DNA of 64,000 bases from Candidatus Binatia bacterium (GTDB lineage: Bacteria > Desulfobacterota > Binatia > UBA9968 > CAXXLF01). Position numbers and translations under genes: made by a program. The stretch lies in contig CAXXLF010000001.1 of the NCBI GenBank assembly GCA_963664015.2, positions 448,001 through 512,000 on the forward strand, given 5' to 3'. A model generated the notes under the pieces. The model was given only the letters and a program-made list of their open reading frames with translations, had not been told where the DNA came from and searched no databases. Positions 38,972 through 49,215 of the stretch are shown here, piece by piece; within the stretch, counting starts at the first letter, position 1; each line of letters begins with the position of its first letter.

Positions 38972-40473
38972 AATTTCTCCGGGCCTTCATTACTGTAATA
39001 CTCCTAACCCTGCTCACAGGCTGCGGGGACGCACCCAAGGACCGCATTATGCGCATTGGCTCAAAGAACTTCACCGAAGGTGTGGTCCTGGGAGAGCTTG
39101 CGCGCACTCTCATCGAGCTCTCCGGTCGATCCACGTGGCATCACCGGTCGCTGGGTGGAACGCGTTTGGTCTTCAATGCACTGGTCGCCGGTGAGATCGA
39201 CGTGTACGCCGAGTATTCGGGAACCCTCACCCACGAGATCCTGGCATCGCAAAAGCCCAAGGACGAAGATGAGCTGCGAGCGATCCTGAAGGATTTGGGA
39301 TTGCAGATGAGCCGCCCTCTGGGCTTCAAGAACAACTACGCCATCGGCATGCGCCGTGAGACCGCTAAGCGCCTCGGTATCAAGCGGGTCTCCCAGTTGC
39401 GCAACCACCCGGATCTGGTCTTTCGTTTTGGGACCGAGTTTATGGATCGCGACGACGGTTGGCCGGGATTGCGATCCCGCTACGCTCTACCCCAGAAGAA
39501 TGTCCGCGGTGTCGAACACGACCTGGCCTATCGTGGCCTCGCCGCCGGCGATGTCGACGTCACCGACCTCTACACTACAGATGCCGAGATCAAATACTAT
39601 AACTTGGCCGTTCTCGAAGACGACCTTTCATACTTTCCCCAGTATCATGCAGTGCTGCTCTACCGTACCGCCTTGGAAAAGGAAGCCCCGGAGACTGTTA
39701 CCTACCTAAAACGCCTAGAAGGCACTATCAACGAGACGGCAATGATCGAAATGAATGCGAGAGTGAAGCTGCAGGGAACAACTGAGTCCGAAGTGGCCGC
39801 CGACTTCTTACGCAAGCGACTCGGCATGAACGCCAAGGCATCCGTCGAGAACCGGTTACAGCGCCTGGCACGTTATACGAAAGAGCACGTTGCACTGGTC
39901 GGGGTTTCGCTGATTGCGGCCGTGCTCCTCGCCATCCCACTGGGCATCATCGCAGCGCGGTGGCCCCGGACCGGTCAACTTGTGCTCGGTTGTGTCGGCG
40001 TCGCGCAAACGATTCCCGCACTGGCCATGCTCGTGTTCATGATACCACTGCTCGGCATCGGAGCGGGCCCGGCAGTCGTCGCTCTGTTTATCTACAGCCT
40101 TCTCCCCATCGTTCGTAACACGCATGCGGGTCTCACCGGTATCCCGTTGACCTTGCGGGAATCCGCCGAAGCCCTGGGTCTCCCCCCGAGAGCCCGGCTA
40201 CGGCTGGTGGAGGCGCCCCTGGCCATGCCGTCGATCCTGGCCGGAATCAAGACCGCGGCGGTAATCAATGTCGGAGCTGCGACGCTGGGCGCTCTCATCG
40301 GCGCCGGCGGCTACGGCCAACCCATTCTAACCGGGATCCGTCTTGACGACGTCGGTTTGATCCTCGAGGGAGCAATTCCCGCAGCCGTCCTTGCCCTTGC
40401 GGTGCAGTGGCTCTTCGACCTGGCGGAGTATTTTGTAGTACCCCCGGGACTCAGAACCGCCACTGGCAATTAA
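38968..40473 (+). CDS. Fused substrate-binding/permease subunit of a glycine betaine/choline-type ABC transporter
   Basis: Lipobox LTGC, IGSKNFTE, EYSGT, QTIPALA, ESA.ALG. Confidence 0.92.
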   Translation: MKFLRAFITVILLTLLTGCGDAPKDRIMRIGSKNFTEGVVLGELARTLIELSGRSTWHHRSLGGTRLVFNALVAGEIDVYAEYSGTLTHEILASQKPKDEDELRAILKDLGLQMSRPLGFKNNYAIGMRRETAKRLGIKRVSQLRNHPDLVFRFGTEFMDRDDGWPGLRSRYALPQKNVRGVEHDLAYRGLAAGDVDVTDLYTTDAEIKYYNLAVLEDDLSYFPQYHAVLLYRTALEKEAPETVTYLKRLEGTINETAMIEMNARVKLQGTTESEVAADFLRKRLGMNAKASVENRLQRLARYTKEHVALVGVSLIAAVLLAIPLGIIAARWPRTGQLVLGCVGVAQTIPALAMLVFMIPLLGIGAGPAVVALFIYSLLPIVRNTHAGLTGIPLTLRESAEALGLPPRARLRLVEAPLAMPSILAGIKTAAVINVGAATLGALIGAGGYGQPILTGIRLDDVGLILEGAIPAAVLALAVQWLFDLAEYFVVPPGLRTATGN

Positions 40474-40573
40474 TTTCTGAAGCCCGGCACACGCGGCCGA
40501 CAACACCAAGCTGACAGTCACCTTATTTCTCTTGACAAAACTTAACGGTCAGGATACTTAGAACTCAAATACG

Positions 40574-40805
40574 TCCTAGGTGCCCACACGGGATAATAGG
40601 GAAACCGGTGCAAATCCGGTGCGGTCCCGCCACTGTAAAGGCCACGAAAGCCGCAATGCAAAAGCCACTGCCGGCTTCGTTACTCGTTGATTCGTTAAAT
40701 CGTTACTGGTTAAACGCCAGAAACGAATAACGGATACACGAATAACGAAACGACGGGAAGGCGCGGCGAGTAGAAGGAAGCCTGAGCCAGGAGACCTGCC
40801 TAGGA
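40574..40805 (+). ncRNA. Cobalamin riboswitch upstream of tonB
   Basis: AGGGAA-CCGGTGcaaaTCCGG, CCCGCCACTGTA, GCCACTG...GGGAAGG, B12-box GAGCCAGGAGACCTGCC; P1 tcctagg/cctagga. Confidence 0.93.
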
Positions 40806-40911
40806 GCAAGAGGCCGGCCTCTCCGAAGGAGAGAGGTGGTTCTGATCGTTCCTTACCGAACATCCCTCCACCTGATCCATCGTTGAGACCTCAAGTCCTC
40901 GTACAACAACG

Positions 40912-41832
40912 ATGCGATTGTTCCTATTTATCACCATCTCGGCCCTGCTTCATTCGCTGATCCTCGCCTTCCCTTTTCCCTATTCCCGTGGAGAAAATGG
41001 AGTGGCTATCCCGGTGACTCTAATCCTTGGCCGCCTCCAAGAAACAGAGAGGCCAACCTCCATTCGGAAGCTACCGGTACCCCAGCGCATGCGGTCCACC
41101 CTGGTCAAAAGTAGAAAGCCAGTGATTCCACCTATAAAAAAAGTAATGGCGAAAAGATTGCCAACAATCATTCCCAGCAAGCCAACTCGCCTCTCCTCCT
41201 CTAAGAATCAAAAGCCAAGGGCCCAGGCTAAAAAACCGATAGACAAGCCCGCACCCTCTATCGATCGGTTGGCGCTTATCTTCGAAGAGCCCTCTGATGA
41301 ACCATTAGAGATGCGAGTCGAAGGTCCGGCGCCTATAACTGAGCAGGATCTAGAGACTGCTAAACTTCCCCAAGAGGGCCAGGATCAAGAATGGAACATG
41401 GGTGAAGCCACATCCTTCCTCGACGCCCCCTCCCCTGCTATGGGTCGGGTCGATGGCAACCCGGGGGACGGCGGATCCCAAAATGACCGCATCGACCAAT
41501 CTCCCATTTTTGGAGTCCAGTACGCGCATATGGCAAAGCCTGAATACCCATGGAGGGCCAGGCGCATGGGTTGGGAAGGAACCACACTGCTCAGGGTCCT
41601 GGTCGACCAACAAGGCCATTCCAAGAGTGTCCTGATAAGCCGAAGCTCCGGATTTGATAACCTGGACAGCGCTGCGGTAAAGGCCGTCAAAGGCTGGCGC
41701 TTCAATCCGGCGCGTTCCAGGGCCGGGCCCGTCGAGAGTTGGGTCAAGATCCCAATTGTCTTTACCCTGAAAAAACCGAGTTATTCGTCAATCGTTAATT
41801 CAAATTATGCGAATGAAGGAGGGCCAGATTAG
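40912..41832 (+). CDS. tonB: Energy transducer TonB
   Basis: N-terminal TM with S..LH, Pro/Lys-rich linker, P.YP..ARR.G.EG, SSG...LD.AA, W.F.PA. Confidence 0.92.
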   Translation: MRLFLFITISALLHSLILAFPFPYSRGENGVAIPVTLILGRLQETERPTSIRKLPVPQRMRSTLVKSRKPVIPPIKKVMAKRLPTIIPSKPTRLSSSKNQKPRAQAKKPIDKPAPSIDRLALIFEEPSDEPLEMRVEGPAPITEQDLETAKLPQEGQDQEWNMGEATSFLDAPSPAMGRVDGNPGDGGSQNDRIDQSPIFGVQYAHMAKPEYPWRARRMGWEGTTLLRVLVDQQGHSKSVLISRSSGFDNLDSAAVKAVKGWRFNPARSRAGPVESWVKIPIVFTLKKPSYSSIVNSNYANEGGPD

Positions 41833-41858
41833 AAGAGAGAGTTAAAATTTAATTGGCT

Positions 41859-42085
41859 GCAGACGGATGCAAGGGAAAGGGGTGTAAATCCCCTGCTGCC
41901 CCGCAACTGTGAAGGCCACGAAAGCCGCAGACGAGCCACTGCTGGTTTCGTTACTCGTTGATTCGTTAAATCGTTACTGGGGAACGCATAGCCGAATAAC
42001 GGATACACAAATATACGAATAACGAAAAGGTGGGAAGGCGCGGTGAGTAGGATGAAGCCCAAGCCAGGAGACCTATCCGTTCTGC
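41859..42085 (+). ncRNA. Cobalamin riboswitch upstream of the TonB-dependent receptor
   Basis: AGGGAA-AGGGGTGtaaaTCCCCT, CCCCGCAACTGT, GCCACTG...GGGAAGG, AAGCCAGGAGACCT; followed by an SD-sequestering hairpin at about 42091-42119. Confidence 0.93.
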
Positions 42086-42121
42086 CTCAACCTTCCCCTT
42101 TCGCGGGAATAAGGAGGGTCT

Positions 42122-44200
42122 ATGCTAGGGGTTCTTTTTATTCTATTTTTCTTGTTTCCTGCCGCGTCGACTTGGGCAGCCCAGATCCAGGACGAAGACA
42201 CCCTCAAACCGGTTTTGGTGTCCGCCACCCGGCTCAAGGACATAGAAGAGGATATCTCAAAATTACCAGGAAAGGTGGTTGTCATCACCCAGGAGGAAAT
42301 TAAAAACACTGGTGCCACAACCGTGCAAGAGGCGCTCCAATATCAAACTGGGGTAGTGCTTTACGACCAGATCGGCAACGAGTTTCAGTCCACAGTGAAC
42401 CTACGCGGGTTCAATGGGCAACCGGTACCTGCCACGACGATTTTCGTCGACGGTGTACGGGTCAATGAGCCGGATTTCAATACGGTCAATTTTGACTTCA
42501 TCCCCGTTGAGAATGTTGAAAGAATCGAGATCCTCTATGGACCGGGCACAGTGCACGGCCGCAATTCGCTTGCTGGTGTCATCAACATCACCATGAAAAA
42601 AGGTGCGGGCGATCAATTGGTCGTTGGAGGTGAGTCCGGCGGCGGCAGTTACGGCAGGCAGAAATACAACTTCTATGCAGACATTCCGCTAGGGCTTCCC
42701 AATCTGAAACACTTCTTCAGCGGGTCCAGAGAACTCTCTAACGGCTACCGGCACGAATCCGGTGGTCGCATGTCTCGGTTCTACCATAAGCTCGGATATT
42801 CCAACGAGTCGGGTACGGATCTGAGCCTGTCCCACACCTATGTTGACGACCGTTTGAAACAGGCAGGATCTATCACGAAAGCCCAGTTGGACAACAACAG
42901 AAAGACCAACGGGACTCCCGGTGACTTCAAGGACAGCCTCTACAATCTGGTCACCCTCAACGCACGACAGAAACTACCCGCGGGCTTCTCGGCGGCCATG
43001 AATTCCTATTACAGGAACAACAATTCGGAAAATTTTGTGGTCGGACTGAATAGTGTCTCCGACGCCAATACGGATTATGACCAATGGGGCGGGACTCTTC
43101 AGCTTAGTAACAACCGGTCTTTGAATGGCCGCAACACTGTTAACGTAGGGGTTGAATACGCCAACAATCAATTTACAACCATGACCGATGGTTTTTTTGG
43201 CGCCTTCCCCTTTACCATTGACACCTCGACCGACGAGGACGCGGTCGGGATATATCTCCTAAACAAGCTGGATATCTTCGAAACCCTTTCCGTTACCGGT
43301 GGATTTCGTTACGATTGGGACCGTATCGACTACAACGACAGGGTCACCCCGGCTGCGAGTTTTACTGAAACGTTTGACCACGTCAGTCCGCGGGCCGGGA
43401 TCGCGTACAATCCCTTCCCCAATCTTGGCTTTTACTTCAGCTATGCGGAGGGATTTCGTACCCCGACGGTGGCCGAGCTTCCCGCATTCGATCCGCCTCT
43501 CTTTACCCCCGCAGTCGCCACTCTCGACCCGGTTAAGTCACGGAATTTCGAAGTGGGGGTCAGGGGAAAGCTCCCCCCTTGGTTGGATGGTTCCATCGCG
43601 GTATTTTATACACCGGTCAGGGATGAGATCCTGTTCGTGGTCACGGACCCGTTAACCTTTTCTGGGCGCAATGTCAACATAAGCCGCAGCCTCAGGCGGG
43701 GAGTCGAACTAAGCCTGAAGGCGCGGCATAACACCCTGGTCGATGGATTCATAAACTACACTTATACCAAGACCACCTTCGAGACCGACGTCCTCCTCTT
43801 TTCCGGTCAGGTCAAAAAAGGGGACCAGTTCCCACTAGTCCCCAATCACAGGGTGGGCGTCGGATTGAACGTCCACCCCATCGATAATTTCACCGCATCC
43901 CTGTTCGGTTATTATGTGGGCAGGCAATACTTATCCAACGACGAGCCCAATAATTTCGACAAACTCGATGAGTATTATGTTCTCAACGGCAAAATGAGCT
44001 ACCGCTGGGAGAACATGACAGCGTACATCACCGGAAGCAACCTGACCAATAATAAGTTTGAGACCTTCGGGATCGTGGGCGGGTTTCCGGCACAACCCTT
44101 TCTGATCCCATTCCCAACGACCACGTTTTTCGCCGGCTTGACCTATCGCTTCGACGGACTGTCGAGCTGGTTGAAAGACCTCCCCGCCAATGGCGATTAA
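42122..44200 (+). CDS. TonB-dependent outer membrane receptor, probably for cobalamin (BtuB-like)
   Basis: Signal peptide, TonB box VLVSATR, plug motifs (LRGF, ERIEIL.GP, GVINI); substrate inferred from the riboswitch. Confidence 0.88.
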   Translation: MLGVLFILFFLFPAASTWAAQIQDEDTLKPVLVSATRLKDIEEDISKLPGKVVVITQEEIKNTGATTVQEALQYQTGVVLYDQIGNEFQSTVNLRGFNGQPVPATTIFVDGVRVNEPDFNTVNFDFIPVENVERIEILYGPGTVHGRNSLAGVINITMKKGAGDQLVVGGESGGGSYGRQKYNFYADIPLGLPNLKHFFSGSRELSNGYRHESGGRMSRFYHKLGYSNESGTDLSLSHTYVDDRLKQAGSITKAQLDNNRKTNGTPGDFKDSLYNLVTLNARQKLPAGFSAAMNSYYRNNNSENFVVGLNSVSDANTDYDQWGGTLQLSNNRSLNGRNTVNVGVEYANNQFTTMTDGFFGAFPFTIDTSTDEDAVGIYLLNKLDIFETLSVTGGFRYDWDRIDYNDRVTPAASFTETFDHVSPRAGIAYNPFPNLGFYFSYAEGFRTPTVAELPAFDPPLFTPAVATLDPVKSRNFEVGVRGKLPPWLDGSIAVFYTPVRDEILFVVTDPLTFSGRNVNISRSLRRGVELSLKARHNTLVDGFINYTYTKTTFETDVLLFSGQVKKGDQFPLVPNHRVGVGLNVHPIDNFTASLFGYYVGRQYLSNDEPNNFDKLDEYYVLNGKMSYRWENMTAYITGSNLTNNKFETFGIVGGFPAQPFLIPFPTTTFFAGLTYRFDGLSSWLKDLPANGD

Positions 44201-44210
44201 AGGCCGACCC

Positions 44211-45179
44211 ATGAAGCTTTCCCGAACAATGGATGCATCCCACTTGGGTCACCTGAGCTGGTTATCGCTTTTAATGGTTCTTGGTTTAATGACTCTTGGT
44301 TGCCGGCCGGCACCGGAAGAACCCAGCAGAATCGTAACGGACGATTTGGGGTATCGAGTCCAGATCAAGCGTGATGTGCAAAAGGTCGTCTCCCTGGTCC
44401 CGACCAATTCGGAACTCGTTTGCCTGTTGGACTGTGAGCGCCTGCGAGGAGGAACCCGCTACGATCGCTTTCCCAAAGTACTGGCGAAGAGGATCAAGGA
44501 CAAACAAGTAAGAATTGTCGGCGGAGGCTTCGATCCCAATCTTGAAATAATCATTGAGATAGGGCCCGATCTCATTTTAGCCAACGGCCCTAGCCAACAG
44601 AAGGCCGTCCTGCCTCTCAGGAAACTGGGGTACCCGGTTATCAGCCTCTATGCACAAAACATCGAATGGCTCAAAAAAGACTTTTTACTCCTGGGGGAAA
44701 TTTTAGGTAGACAAGGGAAAGCCAAAATGATCGTAGAAGCCGAAGAGCGGGGACTGAAAGAGATCCGGCGAAAGACCGAGGGGAGAAAGAAAAAGAGAGT
44801 CTATCTTCAGACTTGGGCCAATCCCATGATCACCGTGGGGAAAGGTTCATTCTCTCAATCCCTTCTGACCCTGGCCGGTGGGATCAATATCTTCGAGGAC
44901 ATGCCATTTGATTCAGGACAAGTGAGCACCGAATGGATCATCCAACGTAATCCCGAGGTTATGATTTTTACTAACGATCAGATCGATTTTATCAATAAGA
45001 TCAAAAAACGCCCCGAGTGGAATCGGATCGACGCAGTAAAGAATAACCATATCTGTTTGATACATGAAATCAATTTTAGGCGTCGAATCCAATTCCTGGA
45101 CGGAATAAAGATAATCCACCAGTGCCTATTTGAAGGACAAGACAACGGGAAGGTCCTCAGACTGGATTCAAGCCCATGA
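44211..45179 (+). CDS. Cobalamin ABC substrate-binding lipoprotein (BtuF-like)
   Basis: Lipobox TLGC, VVSL.P.NSE, PN.E.I....PDL, AGG.NIF. Confidence 0.85.
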   Translation: MKLSRTMDASHLGHLSWLSLLMVLGLMTLGCRPAPEEPSRIVTDDLGYRVQIKRDVQKVVSLVPTNSELVCLLDCERLRGGTRYDRFPKVLAKRIKDKQVRIVGGGFDPNLEIIIEIGPDLILANGPSQQKAVLPLRKLGYPVISLYAQNIEWLKKDFLLLGEILGRQGKAKMIVEAEERGLKEIRRKTEGRKKKRVYLQTWANPMITVGKGSFSQSLLTLAGGINIFEDMPFDSGQVSTEWIIQRNPEVMIFTNDQIDFINKIKKRPEWNRIDAVKNNHICLIHEINFRRRIQFLDGIKIIHQCLFEGQDNGKVLRLDSSP

Positions 45180-45324
45180 AGCCTCCACTGGATTACGTCT
45201 GTGGTATCCATCATTTCTTCAGCAGAATCCGCCGAAGCACCTACCTTCGCCAAAGCTACGGTAGGTCCGACCGTCGCATTCATCCATGGGCTTACGCCCA
45301 TGGTCTTCTGCGAAGGCGGAAAGA
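45177..45324 (-). mobile_element. IS200/IS605-like palindromic element, copy E (inside the btu operon)
   Basis: TGAAGCCTCCAC...CCATGGGCTTACGCCCATGG...GCGAAGGCGGAAAG. Confidence 0.75.
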
Positions 45325-45342
45325 ATTGACTATGGATTATAA

Positions 45343-46317
45343 ATGACTCGAATTAAGGGTTGGCTTATTATTCTCACCATTCTGGTGATTTCCACCGCCC
45401 TGGCACTCGGCACAGGGCCGGTAGATATTTCTTTGTGGAACATGTCCGCAACGGACAAATTGATTCTTTTTAATCTGCGATTACCTCGAATCCTGTCCTC
45501 ATTCTTCGTGGGCGGCGGGCTTGCCCTGGCGGGCGCCATATTTCAGGGCCTGTTTCGTAACCCCTTGGCCGACAGCTACATATTGGGGATTTCTTCCGGG
45601 GCCTCCCTGGGCGCGGCCACTGCTATTGTTTTGGGGTTCACCTCTCCCCTGGCAATCTTCACCGGTGTAAGTTTCTTTTCCTTCTTGGGATCCCTCGCCG
45701 CGCTGGCACTGGTATTTTATTTTGGTTCACAAAATGGCTCGATCTCTCCTTTCCGCCTTCTTCTCTCGGGCCTGGGCGTGGGCCTGTTCCTTTCTTCTCT
45801 GGTAGCCATCCTCATGATCATGGCGGAAGAGGAACTCAAGGCCCTGATCTTCTTCTTTATGGGAGGATTTTCGACCTCCAGTTGGGAAACCGCGTTGCTC
45901 GCCTTGGTCTTCGTACCCGTGGGCGCGTGGATCGCCTTTTATTACGCCAGAGACCTCAATGTGTTGCTGCTGGGGAAAGAGACAGCACAGAGCTCCGGCG
46001 TAAATACCGTCTTGATCCAATCCGTCTACGCCATCACCGCGGCTCTCTTAACGTCCGTATCTGTTTCCGTAGCAGGGTTAATCGGCTTTGTCGGTCTCAT
46101 CGTTCCCCATATGGTTCGAATGATTTTCGGGGCCGATCACCGGAGCTTGTTCCCATTTTCATTCTTTGTTGGCGGTATTTTCTTAATCCTATGTGACACG
46201 ATTGCTAAAGTCGTCATCGCCCCCTCCGAGCTCCCCGTGGGCGTGGTGACTTCTCTGTGGGGGGTGCCGTTCTTCCTTTACTTACTCAAAAGAGAGAAGG
46301 GAGAATACGGCATATGA
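45343..46317 (+). CDS. FecCD/BtuC family ABC permease
   Basis: RLPR, FRNPLA...LG.SSGA, IGFVGL.VPH, ELPVG. Confidence 0.93.
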   Translation: MTRIKGWLIILTILVISTALALGTGPVDISLWNMSATDKLILFNLRLPRILSSFFVGGGLALAGAIFQGLFRNPLADSYILGISSGASLGAATAIVLGFTSPLAIFTGVSFFSFLGSLAALALVFYFGSQNGSISPFRLLLSGLGVGLFLSSLVAILMIMAEEELKALIFFFMGGFSTSSWETALLALVFVPVGAWIAFYYARDLNVLLLGKETAQSSGVNTVLIQSVYAITAALLTSVSVSVAGLIGFVGLIVPHMVRMIFGADHRSLFPFSFFVGGIFLILCDTIAKVVIAPSELPVGVVTSLWGVPFFLYLLKREKGEYGI

Positions 46318-47114
46318 TCGACAAGACGGAAGAGAACACTCTTGAAACCAAAAGCATCTCATTTGGCTATGGCAAGACCTTAGTCCTCGAGGATATTAGC
46401 TTTTCAATACAGCGAGGAGACTTTGTAGCCCTCATGGGTCCCAATGGTTCAGGAAAGACTACGCTCCTGAAAACCCTTCTTGGGCTTTTACCCCCCATAA
46501 GCGGAGAGATATTGCTCAACGGTCGCCCCGTACTCTCCTACGGGCCGAAGGAAAGAGCTAAACTGATTGGCTACGCATCCCAAGAGCCTTCTTTTAGCTT
46601 TCCCCTCACCGTAAAAGAGTTAGTGTCTTTGGGAAGGTATCCCCATTCGAATCGATTCCAAGATAGCCCGGAAGACGAACACGCCGTTGAAGAGGCCCTT
46701 CGCATAACCGAATCCACATCATTGAGGGAGAGGAAATTCACCACCTTAAGCGGAGGTGAAAGGCAAAAGGTCTTAATAGCCAGGGTATTGGCGCAGGCCT
46801 CACATCTTCTTTTGATGGACGAACCAACCACTCACTTGGACATCTACTTCCAATTGCACATCCTAGAGACTCTCAAAAAGATATGTAGAGAAAAGAACAT
46901 AACGATCATTGCAGTCCTACACGATCTCAACCTGGCCTCGCTGTTTGCCGACAAGGCTCTCCTGCTCAAAGGAGGAGAATCCGTCGCCTTTGGTAAAGTA
47001 CAAGACGTGGTGAACGAAAATAGCGTGAGAGAGATCTTTGGAGTCGAAGTAGCGAAAAAGATCGAACCGGGCCAAGGACCTCAATTTATTTTCCTGCGCA
47101 GGCCCGTACCGTAG
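46314..47114 (+). CDS. BtuD/FepC-type ABC ATPase
   Basis: GPNGSGKTT, LGRYPH, LSGGERQ, DEPTTHLD, HDLNLA. Confidence 0.93.
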   Translation: MIDKTEENTLETKSISFGYGKTLVLEDISFSIQRGDFVALMGPNGSGKTTLLKTLLGLLPPISGEILLNGRPVLSYGPKERAKLIGYASQEPSFSFPLTVKELVSLGRYPHSNRFQDSPEDEHAVEEALRITESTSLRERKFTTLSGGERQKVLIARVLAQASHLLLMDEPTTHLDIYFQLHILETLKKICREKNITIIAVLHDLNLASLFADKALLLKGGESVAFGKVQDVVNENSVREIFGVEVAKKIEPGQGPQFIFLRRPVP

Positions 47115-47139
47115 TCAGTTATCAAGCTAACAGGCTAAT

Positions 47140-48657
47140 ATGCGCGCCAAAACTCTGATGATTCAAGGAAGCGCCTCCTCGGTGGGTAAAAGCACCCTGG
47201 TCACCGCCCTTTACCGTATTTTCAAGCAAGACGGTTGGAACGTAGCCCCCTTCAAGGCGCAAAACATGTCGCTCAATTCTTATGTCACCGGCGACAGTGC
47301 CGAAATGGGAAGGGCTCAGGTCGTCCAGGCTGCAGCAGCCTGCGTGGAACCCATGGTCGAGATGAACCCGGTGTTGCTGAAGCCGGAGGCTGACAACCGC
47401 TCTCAGGTCGTCTTCCTGGGACTCCCCTTGGCAAGCTTGGCGGCAAAGGACTACTACGCGTTGCGAACAAAGCTCTGGAAGGGAATCAGCGAGAGCTTGG
47501 ATAGCCTCATGGACCGTTACGAACTGGTCATAATGGAAGGTGCCGGGAGCCCGGCGAAGATAAATCTAAAGAAACATGCCATGGTCAATATGCGGGTCGC
47601 CCTGCATTGTCGCGCGCCGGTTGTCCTTGTCGCCGATATCGACCGGGGCGGAGTCTTCGCCTCTCTCGTCGGGACCCTGGAGCTCCTGGATCCACCTGAG
47701 CGGGCACTGATCAAGACTATCGTGATCAATAAATTCCGGGGGGATCTTTCCCTTCTGCCCCCCGGACTCGACTGGCTGGAAAACCGCACGGGTGTACCCG
47801 TTGCCGGAGTCATCCCCTATTATCATGACATAAGCATCGCTGAAGAGAATTCGGTCTCACTGGAACAGCGTCGGGCAATGAAGGCCAAGGACAAATTCCT
47901 GCTGGACATCGCAGTCATTGGACTGGGGCATATCAGCAACTTCGATGATTTCGACCCATTGGAACAAGAAACCCAGGTCCGAGTCCGCTACGTCCAGGCC
48001 AACGATGACCTGGGTGCACCTGACCTGATTATTGGACCGGGGACCAAAAATACGATGACTGACCTGGCGGAGCTCAGATCCCGAGGGTTGGACCAAACCG
48101 TCGTGGATCGGTCAAGGAATGGGATCCCGGTGATCGGAATCTGCGGCGGTTATCAGATGTTGGGGCAGCGAATTCACGACCCGGAGCAAGTAGAGAGTCC
48201 TACGCTGCAGGCACCAGGCCTGGGATTATTGCCCGTTTCAACCACATTTCTTCTGACGAAGATGACCCGGCAAGTATGCGGGAGGGTGGCAGCGGATAAG
48301 GGGCTGCTCAGCGGCGCTTTGGACCTACCGATTAGGGGCTATGGAATTCACATGGGAGAGACCGATGGAGTGACAATCCTCGCCTTCACTATCGAAGAAC
48401 GCTCACGGAAGCCAGGCAGAGAGTCCGACGGCTGACTGAGTCCAAACGGGAACGTTTTGGGAACCTACCTTCACGGTTTGTTTCACAACGATCGATTGCG
48501 GCACACCCTGCTGACAGGCCTTGCGGCAAAGAAACGGCTTCCCTTTCATCCCTCCGGTGGTGTAGTATCGAAGGAAGAGCAGTACGACCGACTAGCGGCA
48601 CTGGTCCGGAGCCACCTCGACATGGATCTCCACTACCGTACGGTTGACGTCAAATAG
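47140..48657 (+). pseudogene. cobQ: Cobyric acid synthase with an internal TGA and several motif substitutions
   Basis: APFKAQNM, MNPVLLKP, DIDRGG, ISNFDDFDPL, GICGGYQMLG; GGC TGA CTG at 48433-48435 reads on in frame to GTYLHGLF. Confidence 0.88.
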
Positions 48658-48801
48658 AGCCAATGGTTATAGCCGCATTCCAGGACCTAATAACGCTATG
48701 GATTATCTAGTTATCACGCAGGCGCTGGACAGGACCGGTCTGCTGATCAAGACTTACCTATTGGCGGAAGGAGAAATCTCATAGCCGAATCCGAAAGAGC
48801 A

Positions 48802-49215
48802 TTGGGCATAAACACCCCTTCTCCCGGGGGCTACATTGGCAAAGGCACCCAGGTCGCGGGAAAATTCTCCTTCGAAGGAACCACGACCATCGAAGGAAAT
48901 GTCAGCGGGGATGTCCATGTCCACGGTCATCTCATTGTTGGAGAGCACGCTTTCATTGAAGCCAAGGTCACTGCCACGTCGGTCCTCATCCGGGGAAAAG
49001 TCACAGGGGACGTTACATCCGAGAAGAAGATCGAGATTCAGCCGCCAGGGGCCGTCTTTGGAGACATCACGACTCCCAATCTCGTTATCGGCGACGGCGC
49101 AATCTTCGAGGGGAACTCGTACATGAAGCGGGAGCAAAAGGAGGGTAAGCTCCTCCCCCTGCTGCGCCCGAGCACTACTTCCGGATCCACAGAGGAACCA
49201 GGCTCCGATCTTTAG
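48802..49215 (+). CDS. Bactofilin (third copy)
   Basis: IG.GT...G...FEG...IEG...G ... GDITTP.L.I.DGA.FEG; start codon uncertain. Confidence 0.88.
   Translation: MGINTPSPGGYIGKGTQVAGKFSFEGTTTIEGNVSGDVHVHGHLIVGEHAFIEAKVTATSVLIRGKVTGDVTSEKKIEIQPPGAVFGDITTPNLVIGDGAIFEGNSYMKREQKEGKLLPLLRPSTTSGSTEEPGSDL

Noticed and set aside
48433-48470. cobQ TGA as selenocysteine or recoded Trp (a small ccaaacg-ggaa-cgttttgg hairpin follows it)
   Set aside because: The position is not catalytic, the loop is only about 13 nt from the UGA, TGA is a normal stop in many genes here, and the gene has other damaging changes.
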